The position numbers were made by a program, and so were the translations under genes. Shown here piece by piece: positions 1 through 12,899 of a stretch of 64,000 nt of DNA; position 1 is the stretch's first letter; every line of letters begins with the position of its first letter. The DNA is from Eledone cirrhosa (taxonomy: Eukaryota), in assembly GCA_964016885.1 (NCBI GenBank), contig OZ024741.1, forward strand, positions 185,566,001 to 185,630,000, given 5' to 3'. Under the pieces are notes generated by a model. That model made no database searches, was not told the DNA's origin, and saw only the letters and a list, made by a program, of their open reading frames with translations.

Positions 1-242
1 TATGTGGATTTACTATTGTAAAATCGACAGGTTTTACCCACGTAGCCTAATTAAAGTTGAGTAAAGTTTTCATTACATTTTTAAGAAACATTGTTACAAA
101 AAACCACACTGGACCCGGAGTCCTAAGGTTTAGCATAGATGTTAAGTGTATGATATTTAATATATGTTAAATATGCTTTCTACTACTTGATTGAGTATTC
201 TGTCCTTGACGTTTGTCTACGGATTTCCTTCTAGACACACAC

Positions 243-279
<37 letters not shown>

Positions 280-282
<3 letters not shown>

Positions 283-1030
283 AGATAAGCAGAACAAGTA
301 AAATTCAACCAATTCTTCAAAATAAATCAAAATTAATTTAAAATTAAAATTAATCAAAATTAAAAAATATAATATAAATATTTACCTATTCAAATGGCCC
401 TTACTGTACAGTTTCACTTTGCAAAACGTTAGATATCACATGGATATTAATGGAAAAACAAAGATCATCAGAGAAGCATTTTCCTTTCCTAGTGTTAAAA
501 ACCTCAGGAGCGATAAAATATATGACCTCGTCCCCAGCTAACATGGGTCTGAAAGGTCGTAAAAGTGACCCGTATATACACCGGTGTGAAGTGAAGGCGG
601 GAAATCACAGACTTGTTGTCTATAGTCGCCACTAAAAAAATAGCACCTCGATAGAACGACAGATTTGTTCTCTACATAACGGAGACTAATGAATAAAGTT
701 AATATGTCTAAGGGTACAAGGTACCCCCAGAAATACATAGGTTGTCTATGATTCAAGGTGGTTCTATGGTAATAATTTGATATACCAGAACTTAATATCA
801 AGATAAGCAGAACAAGTAAAATTCAACCAATTCTTCAAAATAAATCAAAATTATTAATTTTAAATTAATTTTGATTTATTTTGAAGAATTGGTTGAATTT
901 TACTTGTTCTGCTTATCTTGATATTAAGTTCTGGTATATCAAATTATTACCATAGAACCACCTTGAATCATAGACAACCTATGTATTTCTGGGAGTACCT
1001 TGTACCCTTAGACATATTAACTTTATTCAT
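280..1030 (-). mobile_element. HHR-bearing unit of about 518 bp with partial tandem repeat and fold-back, in (TA)n
   Basis: tcaagataagcagaacaag occurs at 280 and 798. 865-1030 is the reverse complement of about 690-853. A diverged relative lies at 13770-14020. Confidence 0.8.
397..476 (-). ncRNA. Type I hammerhead ribozyme
   Basis: Reverse complement: ttct-CTGATGA-t-CTTTG..CAAAG-t-GAAA-CTGTACAG-TA-aggg. Palindromic stem III. Confidence 0.8.
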
Positions 1031-1413
1031 TATATATATATATATATATATTTACTATATCTATTTGCTATACCTTGATTTTATATGTTCAGGCTTGTTA
1101 ATTTATTAACCCGCCATAGAACCACATTGGCATACAGCTGGATAATACTTGTATCCCTATATGTATTTTTTACACGTAGGTACACATACTTTATTATTAT
1201 TAATCTCCCCTAAGGTAGAGATAATATTTTGGTAGTTTGAACTGCTGCTATTTCTAGTGGCAGGACATTGACCTGTCCGCCCTGCCTTCTGTCTTTATCC
1301 ACGGCACTAGACAAAATTGTTTCTTTCCTCATTCACTCTCATCCGGGAACAGTTTTGTATGGCGTCAGTTTGTGATTTGAACTCGGAAATTTTATATTCT
1401 CCGAGCTAGAAGA

Positions 1414-1496
1414 GCCTTCTGAAGAGAGTCCCCTTCTCAATGGCTGAGGCTTGGATTATCCCTTTATTTGAGGATTTTGAACCGCGCCGTAAAGGC
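1414..1496 (+). ncRNA. Degenerate type I hammerhead
   Basis: gcctt-CTGAAGA-GAGTCC..GGATTT-t-GAAC-CGCGCCG-TA-aaggc. 5 bp stem I, GAAA mutated to GAAC. Confidence 0.65.
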
Positions 1497-1579
1497 ACAT
1501 GTAGTAAGTACAGCGAACTTTTTAAAATTTATTTAAAAACTTTTTCTCTATTTGCTAGACCCTGACTTTATATATATAT

Positions 1580-1767
1580 AGGAAAGGGTATGACCCCGAC
1601 GGCAGAGCTCAAGCCGTTTCGACGGCTATTTCAGGATGCAAATAGCCGTCGAGAAGGCTTGAGCTCTGCCGTCGGGGTCATACCCTTTCCTATCACCCAC
1701 TCTACTACGCTAAGTATCGAGTACTCTGGTGCGTTATGGTCCACCTGATTCCTTACCATAATTCCCT

Positions 1768-1770
<3 letters not shown>
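1580..1770. repeat. Short fold-back family A copy (others at 2613-2685, 4152-4348, 34760-34945, 39261-39700, 50303-50630, 56416-56568)
   Basis: Shared core gaccccgacggcWgagctcaagccgtttcgacggcta and tail aaggaaccaggtggaccataacgcacc. Always TA-flanked, usually inverted on itself. Confidence 0.9.
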
Positions 1771-1848
<78 letters not shown>

Positions 1849-1991
1849 TATGTGTGTGTGTGTGTATGTATATATATGTAGATATATATATTTTTTTTTT
1901 TTCAAGAAATAACAAGACAAACACAGAGAACAGAGATGCAAAGGCACAATATTTTATTAGTATTACGCATAGGATAAAGTAGCAAATGGCT

Positions 1992-2024
1992 TGTAGTTTC
2001 AGGCATAAATCCTTCTTCGGGCAC
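1992..2024 (-). ncRNA. Decayed hammerhead (family of 10763 and 24632)
   Basis: Reverse complement: CCGAAGA-aggatttatgcct-GAAAC. Homologous to 24632-24665. Confidence 0.45.
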
Positions 2025-2554
2025 TGGACAGCTCGGAGAGAGAGAAAGAGAGATGTGGGGTTGGAACATCAGAGTTTGGAAAAAGTAAATATGTTTTATT
2101 TTGTTTCTGGGGATTCTAAACAAAATGACAAATGTTCGCATGCTTTGCTTTTCCCCTTGTTGACCCCGATGTCGCTCGCATTCTCCATATCGGTCTCTGG
2201 CACATTATCTCTCATTATCTTTCATTTATTACCCAGCAATTACCCAGTGCATCACTGGTACTTTATTTTATCGACCCCGTAAGGATGAAAGGCGAGGTTA
2301 ACTTTGCCTTTCATCCTTACGGGGTCGATAAAATAAAGTACCAGTGATGCCCTGGGTAATTGCTGGCATTGTGCCTAAAATAGAAACAATTATCTTTCAT
2401 TTATGTAATATTTTGCAAAATTTTCGTACACACTCTGTTTATAGTTCTTTAGATTACCACTCTTCCTCACCCTTCTCACCCACCTCTTCCTCATACTCAT
2501 GCTCCTCATCTTCTCTCTCTCTCCCTCTCTCACACACACTCACACAGCCTCCCT

Positions 2555-2617
<63 letters not shown>

Positions 2618-2680
2618 TGGACAGAGTCCAGAATTAGCCGTCGAAACGGCTTGAGCTCAGCCGTCGGGGTCCTACTCGTT

Positions 2681-2717
<37 letters not shown>

Positions 2718-2810
2718 CAAGAAAGAGGAGTGACATTGTTGGCTACAACACGGAGTACTCTAACTGGACTACATCTAAGTGGACTACCTATAACGATAAC
2801 CTGTTATCCA

Positions 2811-2891
<81 letters not shown>

Positions 2892-3017
2892 GTAGGGGGT
2901 GAGTTTTATTGTAGTACAATAAAGCAATGCAGATATCGGATAAGAAGCACTCTACAGTTTGTGGGACTGGAGTATGCATAATATAAGATCAAAAGATGGT
3001 TAAAGGAGTTCAATATA

Positions 3018-3084
3018 TTTTATTATGCGCATTTCAAAAACAAACATCATCAAACAATAATATTTGTGTTTTCATCAGATAAAA
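3018..3084 (-). ncRNA. Type I hammerhead ribozyme (left arm of a palindrome)
   Basis: Reverse complement of 3192-3258. Confidence 0.85.
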
Positions 3085-3191
3085 CAGGAGAACATGATAT
3101 GAAGGCTAAAAAAACACTTGTTGATAGTGCAGTTGATTTAAAACTGCACTATCAACAAGTGTTTTTTTAGCCTTCATATCATGTTCTCCTG

Positions 3192-3258
3192 TTTTATCTG
3201 ATGAAAACACAAATATTATTGTTTGATGATGTTTGTTTTTGAAATGCGCATAATAAAA
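3192..3258 (+). ncRNA. Type I hammerhead ribozyme
   Basis: ttttat-CTGATGA-AAACA..TGTTT-tt-GAAA-TGCGCA-TA-ataaaa. 6 bp stem I, palindromic stem III. Confidence 0.85.
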
Positions 3259-3512
3259 TATATTGAACTCCTTTAACCATCTTTTGATCTTATATTATAT
3301 ATATATATATATATATATACGTTATTCCGGGTTGAATCGGACGTAACCACAGTAAGTAAGGTACTCAATACATTGCAGAGTATAAAAGTTTTAATATAGA
3401 TGAGATTCTACAGGACTAGAACTGTTTCATTCTTTAGAAATCATCAGGAATTCCTGATGATTTCTAAAGAATGAAACAGTTCTAGTCCTGTAGAATCTCA
3501 TCTATATTAAAA

Positions 3513-3580
<68 letters not shown>

Positions 3581-3585
<5 letters not shown>

Positions 3586-4119
3586 ATACTTTAGGAGGGT
3601 CATGTTGCCAATAAGAAACACACGCACCAGTTGCTTTCACTTCAATTTATTATATATTTATAAATTTATAAATTTACAAATCTACAAGCTTATAAATTTC
3701 TGGTTGGTTGGTTGGTTCCACAACCAGATAGTTGTTTATATATAGTCATAGTCCTTTCGTCACACACTGTGTGACCTCTTCAGTGACTGGGGATTCCTTT
3801 CTTTGTTTCTGTACCTTTCCTTTCTTCTATCCTACGCCATTTTGTTTCTGTGTTTGTGTTGTGTGCTCAGTTTGCGCATGCGCCACATCCGGGTGTCTGT
3901 GTGTGTTTGTGTTCATTTATCTATTTGTTTATTTATTTATTTATTGTTGGTTGGTTGTTTGTTCTATGTGTGTGTGTGTTTTCATTTTGTCCTTAATTGT
4001 AAGTTGTGATGTTGCTGTTCCACTCATATTTTCTATTTAATTTTGGTTGTAAAGTATAACAATATCGGTTTCAACACACGATTTCAGATAAAGAATCTTG
4101 CTAAACAAATTCAGAAACG

Positions 4120-4122
<3 letters not shown>
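3581..4122 (-). mobile_element. PLE pLTR fragment with inverted terminal piece, related to 33340-33620 and 63890-64000
   Basis: ttgttatacttt..gagggtcatgttgccaataagaaacacacgcaccagttg is shared with 63948-64000. 4050-4120 is the reverse complement of 63890-63960. Contains an HHR. Confidence 0.75.
3744..3788 (-). ncRNA. Type I hammerhead ribozyme
   Basis: Reverse complement: agtca-CTGAAGA-g-GTCACAC agt GTGTGAC-GAAA-GGAC-TA-tgact. Confidence 0.9.
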
Positions 4123-4150
<28 letters not shown>

Positions 4151-4346
4151 ACAAAGGAAATGTGGTAAGGAACCAGGTGGACCATAAAGCACCAAAGTAC
4201 TCAACACTTAGTGTAGTAGAGTGGGTAATAGGAACAAGTAAGACCCCGACGGCTGAGCTCAAGCCGTTTCGACGGCTAATTCTGAATCCATCCAGAATTA
4301 GCCGTCGAAACGGCTTGAGCTCAGCCGTCGGGGTCTTACTTGTTCC

Positions 4347-4402
<56 letters not shown>

Positions 4403-4755
4403 CTACTCTGTCCCTCTATTTGCCCGCCTTTGAACATATTTTCTCCTCTCGCTCCAATCTGCCTCTCCCTATCTGTTATATCTCTGTTTATTTAATTCCC
4501 CCAATTCATTCAACTTTCATGTACCATTCCCTTTCATTCTTCCTCTGCTCATTTTCTCTCACACATCCCCTTGTAATCCATTCTCTTTTACGACCAATCC
4601 ACCATCCAACCTCCTACGCATTCTCCCACCCACCTAATACATCCTAATTACATTCCAACCTTATTTCTATTTTTATTATTTTCCATCTCTGATCACAAAG
4701 TCGAGTCGCTCTCCCTCTCTCTCTCTCCCTCACACACACACTCTCTCTCTCTCTC

Positions 4756-4788
<33 letters not shown>

Positions 4789-6260
4789 TTTTTTATTTTT
4801 AATTCTTCTGTTTTTTTAAGATGAAGTTCTCATGCAACTACCAATTAAATGTTGAAGACCCTTCTTTGACGCCGCCAAACCGACAGCATATGTGTCCAAA
4901 TCGAAAGAAGACACATCTTAATCTGGGATTAAACCTGTCTACTGAATGCGACGACCCCCACCTCCCAATCTACAACCAACTCCCTATAACCATAAACACC
5001 ATCACGGAAGCTTAAAACGTTCCTCGTTTCTGCGAATTAAAATTAATGGTGTTTTGCTAATTAATAACTTTATAAAATGGGACTGCCACAGTCAGAGATT
5101 GTTTAATATCGCATTTGTAGCTTTTGCAGCCATTTTGATTTAGTTACCAACTCATTTTTTTTTTTTCACATCTGATTATTTTTCTATTCTGTTACATGAT
5201 TTTCATTTTCATTTTTTTTTCATTTATTCCCTCCATATCTCCCTGCCTTTCTATATATCTCTCTCACTCTCTCTATCTCACAGGCTTTTTCTCATTTCAA
5301 TCTCTTTTTATATTTCACTCAATTTCTTATTCGTTCTTTCATGCTTAAAAATAGTTTTAGATTTATTTTTAATTTTGTACTTTATTATATTATATACTTA
5401 ATCATTTATTACTTGTCATTACATATTCTCTCTTCCTCTCACCATTCTCACTATATTAGATATACGTGTGTCAGTCTCTTTAACTTTCTCGCTCTCTGGT
5501 TATCATGTTTTCTTAATTTCAACCACGCATTATCTTTCTAAGGCTTTCTCTTTCTTTCAATCGTTCTTTCACTGCCTTGTATTGTTCGTGTTGTTTATTT
5601 TCTCGGCAATTATATCTTTATTACATACTAGATTACCTTAATAGATTGAAAATTGTTTGAAAAAGCGCACAGCACAAACCCTCAATGTCAGCACAAAATG
5701 TTAGATATCTCATATATATAACACTATTAATACTGCATCAGAAAATCAGGAACACATTTTTAAGGCAGAAAATATTTCAACACATATCAGTTCCTCAACT
5801 CCCTTAAAACCACAAAATAGTTTCATAATGAGGTACTGCGCGAAAGTGTTGGAATATTCTGTGCTACACACGTGAAGCAACTCACAACAAAGATATGAAT
5901 ATACATTTTTTAAAAAATAATCTCATGTATCTTTAGACGCAAATACAATACAAAAGCACAATTAGAATAGCTCATGTCCAAATAAAACATACTAAATCAG
6001 TAACAAGGCTCGTAGGCAGTAGATGCGTACCCGCTCAAGGTAAATACACTAATACTAGTTCTAACTATATTTTATACTTGTTAATTAATTTTAATTCTCA
6101 CGCTACTAAAAACTCACGCCTATACATACCGCTATCCTCATATAAAGGAACAATAAAACACAAAAGGTTTACCGATTTAACTCAGATTTCATTTATTGTA
6201 TTCAGCCATGTAGAGCGAAAACTTATATATATATATGTATATATATATACATACATACAT

Positions 6261-6297
<37 letters not shown>

Positions 6298-6330
6298 AAC
6301 ACACACACACACACACACATACATATATAT

Positions 6331-7091
6331 ATAGCTAATAAGCTTGAAACTGGTACATCGTTCCTGTGTCAGTGTTGAACAAAAAGGTGACGTGGTTGCC
6401 TAAACACTGTACGGCGTAATTTGGGCTGTTTGTTTGTTTACAAACAAACAAACCGAGCATTATAATAAATGTTCGGTAAACCGATACGTGAATATATATA
6501 TGTGTGCATGTATGTATATATATATACATACTACTGTACGTCTGTATACATATATGTATGTACGTATACATACATACTTACATTTAAGTAAGTGCCGTAC
6601 TAAGAGTGAGAAATGAATTTTCGTTTCATTCTATTCCATTTATCGCTTTCGGTGTGCCCGGCCGACTGAACTCACTCGATATGCAAACTAGGCTGCTCAG
6701 CCGTTAATATGCATAAGGAAAGTATATACTTTCAGATGTTCAACCATCTGGCAGGAAGGTATACGATGCTGACGATAGCTAATAAGCTTGAAACTAGTAC
6801 ATCGTTCCTGTGTCAGTATTGAACAAAAAGGTGACGTCGTTGCCTAAACACTGTACGGCGTAATTCGGGCTGTTTGTTTCTTCACAAACAAACAAACCGA
6901 GCATTATAATAAATGTTCGATAAACCGATACGTGCATATATATATATATATATGTGTGCGTGCATGTATGTATATATATACATACTACTGTACGTCTGTA
7001 TACATATATGTATGTACGTATACATACATACTTACATTTAAGTAAGTGCCGTACTAAGAGTGCGAAATGAAAATTCGTTTCATTCTATTCC

Positions 7092-7095
<4 letters not shown>
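6331..7095 (+). mobile_element. Retrozyme-like tandem repeat (444 bp unit, about 1.7 copies) with HHR
   Basis: agctaataagcttgaaact recurs at 6333 and 6777. Non-coding, flanked by microsatellites. Confidence 0.85.
6763..6805 (+). ncRNA. Type I hammerhead ribozyme
   Basis: acgatg-CTGACGA-t-AGCT aata AGCT-t-GAAA-CTAG-TA-catcgt. 6 bp stem I, palindromic stem III. Confidence 0.9.
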
Positions 7096-7160
<65 letters not shown>

Positions 7161-7425
7161 TCAGAGTTATAAACTCAAACAGTCCTTTACAATTAATTAG
7201 CTCAAAGAAAGAAGCATTTCTGAGCCGAGAAATACAAGTTAATATAAATTAATATATGATAAACACAAAAGTGTTTGTATTGCAAAAGACGAAGTTAGCT
7301 AGAATGAAATAAACTAATTCAAATAAAATATAGTTTACCTGCCTCGATTTAAAATAATAAATCAATAAAAACAAACCCATATTGGCAAATAGCCGTGATA
7401 CCTGGACAAATTTAAATTTCAAAAT

Positions 7426-7481
<56 letters not shown>

Positions 7482-7486
<5 letters not shown>

Positions 7487-8412
7487 TGAGTCCCTCATCA
7501 GTGATTTACCGACGATCATAGATATTTCATTGCATTGAAAATCATATACCTCACGTCGGTGCAATAATAACCAAAATAAGTTATTAGGACAATTAAAACG
7601 CGTAAAGCGAGTGAGACAGGAGAACAACAAAGAGTATGGCTAACCAGGGGAAAGAAACAAGCTTCAAAAATTATTCTGTTTAGCATAAGCTAGGTGAATA
7701 TATGAGCGCTTTTAGAACAGACCCGACACGAGCGAAGGCTATGTGAGAGAGAAAAATAGCCTTAATAACTTATTTTGGTTATTATTGCACCGACGTGAGG
7801 TATATGATTTTTAATGCAATGAAATATCTATGATCGTCGGTAAATCACTGATGAGGGACTCATTTTATTACATGTTATCCATGTGCTACCTGCAGTATTT
7901 TTCTCTATATTTTATTACATATATTTACCACTGCGATTCTGTGTTTTTTTCTCTCTCTCTTACTGTTCCCCCATTCTCTCTGTTTCTCCCCCTCTGTCAT
8001 GTCAGTTAACTCTTTCTCACACTTTCACTCACTCACTGTTTCTCTCTCTTCTCTTCATTTCATCCTGTACACCACGAAGGCTATTTTTCTCTCTCACATA
8101 GCCTTCGCTCGTGTCGGGTCTGTTCTAAAAGCGCTCATATATTCACCTAGCTTATGCTAAACAGAATAATTTTTGAAGCTTGTTTCTTTCCCCTGGTTAG
8201 CCATACTCTTTGTTGTTCTCCTGTCTCACTTGCTTTACGCGTTTTAATTGTCCTAATAACTTATTTTGGTTATTATTGCACCGACGTGAGGTATATGATT
8301 TTTAATGCAATGAAATATCTATGATCGTCGGTAAATCACTGATGAGGGACTCATTTTATTACATGTTATCCATGTGCTACCTGCAGTATTTTTCTCTATA
8401 TTTTATTATACA
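7482..8412. repeat. 491 bp unit with partial tandem copy and inverted copy, in (TA)n
   Basis: 7763-7920 repeats at 8254-8412. 7484-7762 is the reverse complement of parts of 8080-8355. Confidence 0.85.
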
Positions 8413-8418
8413 TATATA

Positions 8419-8461
<43 letters not shown>

Positions 8462-8523
8462 CATATATATATGAAAAAGAAGTTGAAAATGCAACTAGAG
8501 TCTTTTAGAAGGTTTATTTGTAA

Positions 8524-8559
8524 GATTACCGGTTTCATAATTTTCATGATTTTCAAATG
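8524..8559 (-). ncRNA. Hammerhead-like motif with U3-A8 core
   Basis: Reverse complement: cat-TTGAAAA-tc-ATGA aaa TTAT-GAAA-CCGG-TA-atc. Weak stems. Confidence 0.5.
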
Positions 8560-9247
8560 TTAAAAAAAAATGGAGAGATATGTGGCTATGCTAACTAGTA
8601 ATTCACATCTAAATGATATTGGTAAATTCTTTCAGTTTTACGCAAAAAAAATGTGGTTTAGATAACTATATGTTTGAAGCACAATTTTAATACGTTGGAA
8701 ATGATCACGTAAATCGGCATCGATTTTTTTTGGTAATTTCGCGGCAAAAATCTGGAGTCTCGTGGCTCCTTTAGTTTTATGCAGAAACAGTGGCTCAGTT
8801 TTAAAGTATAATTTGACAGGCTGAGGATGATAACGTGATTATGCACCTAATTTGAAGGTACTTTCCTCGGGGTTGTCGTTATTCACCACAAACTAACAAA
8901 TTCCAAACAATATAATTAGAGATAAAGAATAGGTCAGACATGCACGAGGCAAAATGAATACTGCAGTGAACCCGCTGTTCCACATGCGTTCTGAAAACAC
9001 ACAGACCAATTAAGGAAGGAAACTCTGAAAATAATGATAGCACGTTTGATTTGTCTTGGAATGTTTGAGCTTCGCAAGTAAAAATAGGTAATGGCCCTTA
9101 AATATGCTAAAATAAGGTGGGTAAACCAATACATTGTTTTGATTTATTTCATTTGTCATCATTTACATTTATATTTTCTATTGCATTCTACTGGCTAAAA
9201 AAAAGGATCGGCTTTTACTAAATATCACACAATGCTTCTAAGCCTAA

Positions 9248-9299
<52 letters not shown>

Positions 9300-9309
9300 C
9301 ATACACACA

Positions 9310-9364
<55 letters not shown>

Positions 9365-9397
9365 ACACACACATATATAGTATAAAAAAAAAGAAAA

Positions 9398-9779
9398 ATC
9401 AGTGATGCATCTGGACTCAGTTTATTGCGTGTTACAATTGTTTCGCCGACAGGTAGCTCGAGACATGATCATTGTGTGGATCTGGCTGATTCTACGGCTG
9501 CAGGTTATGTGTCTTTGTATGCGCCGATATGTGTCTTTGTATGCGTGTACGTATGTGTCTGCGCGTGTATGAGCATATGCGTGCGTGTGAGACCGGATAT
9601 AAGGGGCTGTTTAGACAGGGGCCAATAGGCATGTGGTGGTCGGTATATGGTGTGGGTGTGCTTAGGCTTGTGTAAGAGAGGGAGTGTGTGTGTGTGTATA
9701 TATGTGCATGGGGGTATGTGTGTGTCTACACATGTATGCGTACATATGTGTATGCCTGCATGTGTGTGTGCCTGCTCAT

Positions 9780-9820
<41 letters not shown>

Positions 9821-10155
9821 CATACTAGGGAGTATGAACAGGCGTGTGAGATACCAAACCCAGCCTGGCTCCATTGAAGTGTGTCAGACGGAAAATGGCT
9901 GATGACCAGAACTTATGATGACTTAGAAAAACAACAGCCAATGTCATGACAAGAGTGGAAGATGTTTTTTGAAGGTGTTTTTTGACGAAAACGCCCCAGT
10001 GAGAAAATTTGCTCCGAAAGAATTGTATGTGTCAGAAGGAACCTGCAGCCGTAGAACCAGCTAGATCCATACAGTGATCATGTCTCGAGCTACCTGCTGG
10101 CGAAACAATTGTAACCCGCAATAAATTGAGTCCAGATGCATCACTGATTTTTCAT
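9398..10155. repeat. Element with terminal inverted arms of about 110 bp (probable PLE pLTR fold-back)
   Basis: 9398-9506 is the reverse complement of about 10040-10150. Carries GAAA-CAATTG-TA, the 3' half of an HHR. Confidence 0.7.
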
Positions 10156-10188
10156 TTTTTTATACACTCTGCTCTGTATGAATGTATA

Positions 10189-10268
<80 letters not shown>

Positions 10269-10646
10269 TATAGATATATTAGAAAATGTGAAGTAGTTTC
10301 TTGATAAGACCTTGATACATATTTAAATGACGACAGTGGCCAGCGATTCCGAGTACTCCTTACCATGATTACATCACAGAACTTCTTACATAAAAAGGTC
10401 AATGTGAATTGCCTTGGGAACGTAACCTTATTATGTAAGAAGCTGTCGGATGAGATCATTGCAAAGAGTACTCTGAATCGCATGACCACTGTTGTCATTG
10501 AAATATGTATCACGGTCTTAACAATAAAGGATTTTAACATCTGAAACTACCTCGCAATTTCTTATTCTGAATATATACTGCGTCATTCCTACGTGGAAAA
10601 AGTACGTTGAGTGTTTGAATTGAATTGTATCAATGTTTACAGAACG

Positions 10647-10669
<23 letters not shown>

Positions 10670-10678
<9 letters not shown>

Positions 10679-12440
10679 AAAGGTAAACAGAATTAACAAC
10701 ACAATCGGTACAATATATGGAAGGTATATATTAGGCTAACGCTTGATATAGCAGGAAGAGGGTCTTAACATTTCGGACGCTAGTCCTTCATCAGAAGAAA
10801 GAATGAGAAATAAAATAGATTAAGGGGACGGGTGGGATGGAATTAGAAAAAATGTCTTTAGATAAAAATAATAGGTTCATTCATATTGACATCTCTTGCA
10901 AATCTGTCGGTGTAGGCGTTTTGTGTATGATTTGTTTTTTATAAAAGTGGGTGATGACGCGCGTCTACCTGAAATGGAAAAAAAAAACGTTTTGTAAAAA
11001 GAGCTATACTTCAGCAAGCACGTGCTTAAGCTTGTATGTGTGTGTGTGGGGGGGGGGGGGGGGGGCGTTTATTATAAGTCCGTACGAAGCTATGGAGAAA
11101 TGTGTGTATATGTGAGTAAAAGAGTGTGTGCATGTAAGTACGAAGCTATGAGCAAAAGTATGTTAATATAAGGGTGTGTATCGGCATTTATTAGTAGTAA
11201 GAGAAGCTGCTAATGATCAAGAGAAAACGATAGGCATCTAGGGCATCTAGGTGTGTGATAATGGGCGAAGTATTAGAGAAATTGGGGAGGTGAGTTGAGT
11301 CCAAGAGGGGAATAGGATCCAAGACGGTGAATCAGACTTTGTTCAGTCCTGGTGCGCGAGGCCTGTGATCCATGATGTAAAAGGACACCCAGGACTGAAA
11401 CATGTAGGGAAAAATGAGCAGGAAAACAGAAATGACGAGCGACAGGAGTATCCAAACCGAGTCGTATGCCCCTCAAATGTTCGGCAGAACGGTCCGCCAT
11501 ACGGCGTCCCGTTTGTCCGATATATAAAGACCCGCAAAGGGAACAGCGGAGGGCATAGACAACGTGGGTGGATGTGCAGGGGAAGGAATGGCGGATACGG
11601 AAAGACCCGTTAGAGCCTGTAAGAGTGGTGAGGGTGGAAATAAAGGGTCAGGTGTTGCAGCGGGAACGGTAACAAGGATGAGAGCCGGGTGGAGTCGTTC
11701 GAGAGGACGAACAAGAACAGCGAACCAGGAGGTCGCGGAGTTTTCGGGCGCACTTAAAAGCAGTAATGGATGGGTTTGGAAAAAAGCGAGAAGTAAAGTA
11801 GTCAGAAGAGAGGATACGGAAGGAACGGAGGATATGTCGCCGGAGTGGTAGGGTGATGGGGCGGTAGGTCAGAGGGAAAGGAACACTTGTGTTGGAAGAG
11901 CGGGGTGAGCTGAGAGGGCTGTGGTGCAGTCTGTTTCAGGGTGAGAGCAGCTTGGATCAGGGAGGGGGGATATCCACGCTAGATGAAGCAGGAAGCCATG
12001 CGAAGGGAATGGGTTTCGAAATCTTAGTCCAGGCTACAGAGTCGACGAAGACGGATGAATTGGGAATAGGCTATGGAGTGTTTGGTGTGAGTTGGATGGG
12101 AGGAGAAGTCGAAATAAGATTGGGTGTCTGTTGGTTTAATGTAGATGGAAGTAGAAAAGGTGTGGTGAGAGTAATTAATAGATATAGAGATATGTAGAAA
12201 AGCGACAGAAGAATCGGAGACGGAGGCGGTGCAATTGAGAACAGGATGGAAAGATTGGATAAAAGAAAGAAAACAGTGGAGCTGTTCTTGTGATAGAGAG
12301 GTGGCGCCGATACAGTCGTTGATATAACGACCGTATAGCTCAGGCAGGAGTCCGTCGAGCGTACTTGGAGAAGACGTAGCCAACAAACAAGTTGGCATAG
12401 TTTGGACCCATTCTGGTTCCCATCGCTACTCCAGAGACAT
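10670..12440 (-). mobile_element. Degenerate Neptune-like Penelope retroelement
   Basis: Minus-strand fragments: GTRMGPNYANLFVG, YGRYINDCIG, IYIKPTDTQSYFDFSSHP..SIAYSQFIRLRRLCS, LYIGQTGRRMADRSAEH..PVARHF. Frameshifted. HHR at the 3' end. Confidence 0.9.
10763..10798 (-). ncRNA. Minimal type I hammerhead in the 3' end of the Neptune-like PLE
   Basis: Reverse complement: tctt-CTGATGA-a-GGAC tagc GTCC-GAAA-TG-TT-aaga. Confidence 0.85.
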
Positions 12441-12527
12441 GCTGGTAAAATTCACCCGAAAAAGAAAATCCATTAAGGTTGAGAACAAGCTCAGACAGGT
12501 GGAGAAGAGTGGTAGTGCTGGGGTATA

Positions 12528-12899
<372 letters not shown>

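Noticed and set aside
11364-12197. Plus-strand ORFs 11365, 11564 and 11889
   Set aside because: They are antisense shadows of the minus-strand Neptune-like relic.
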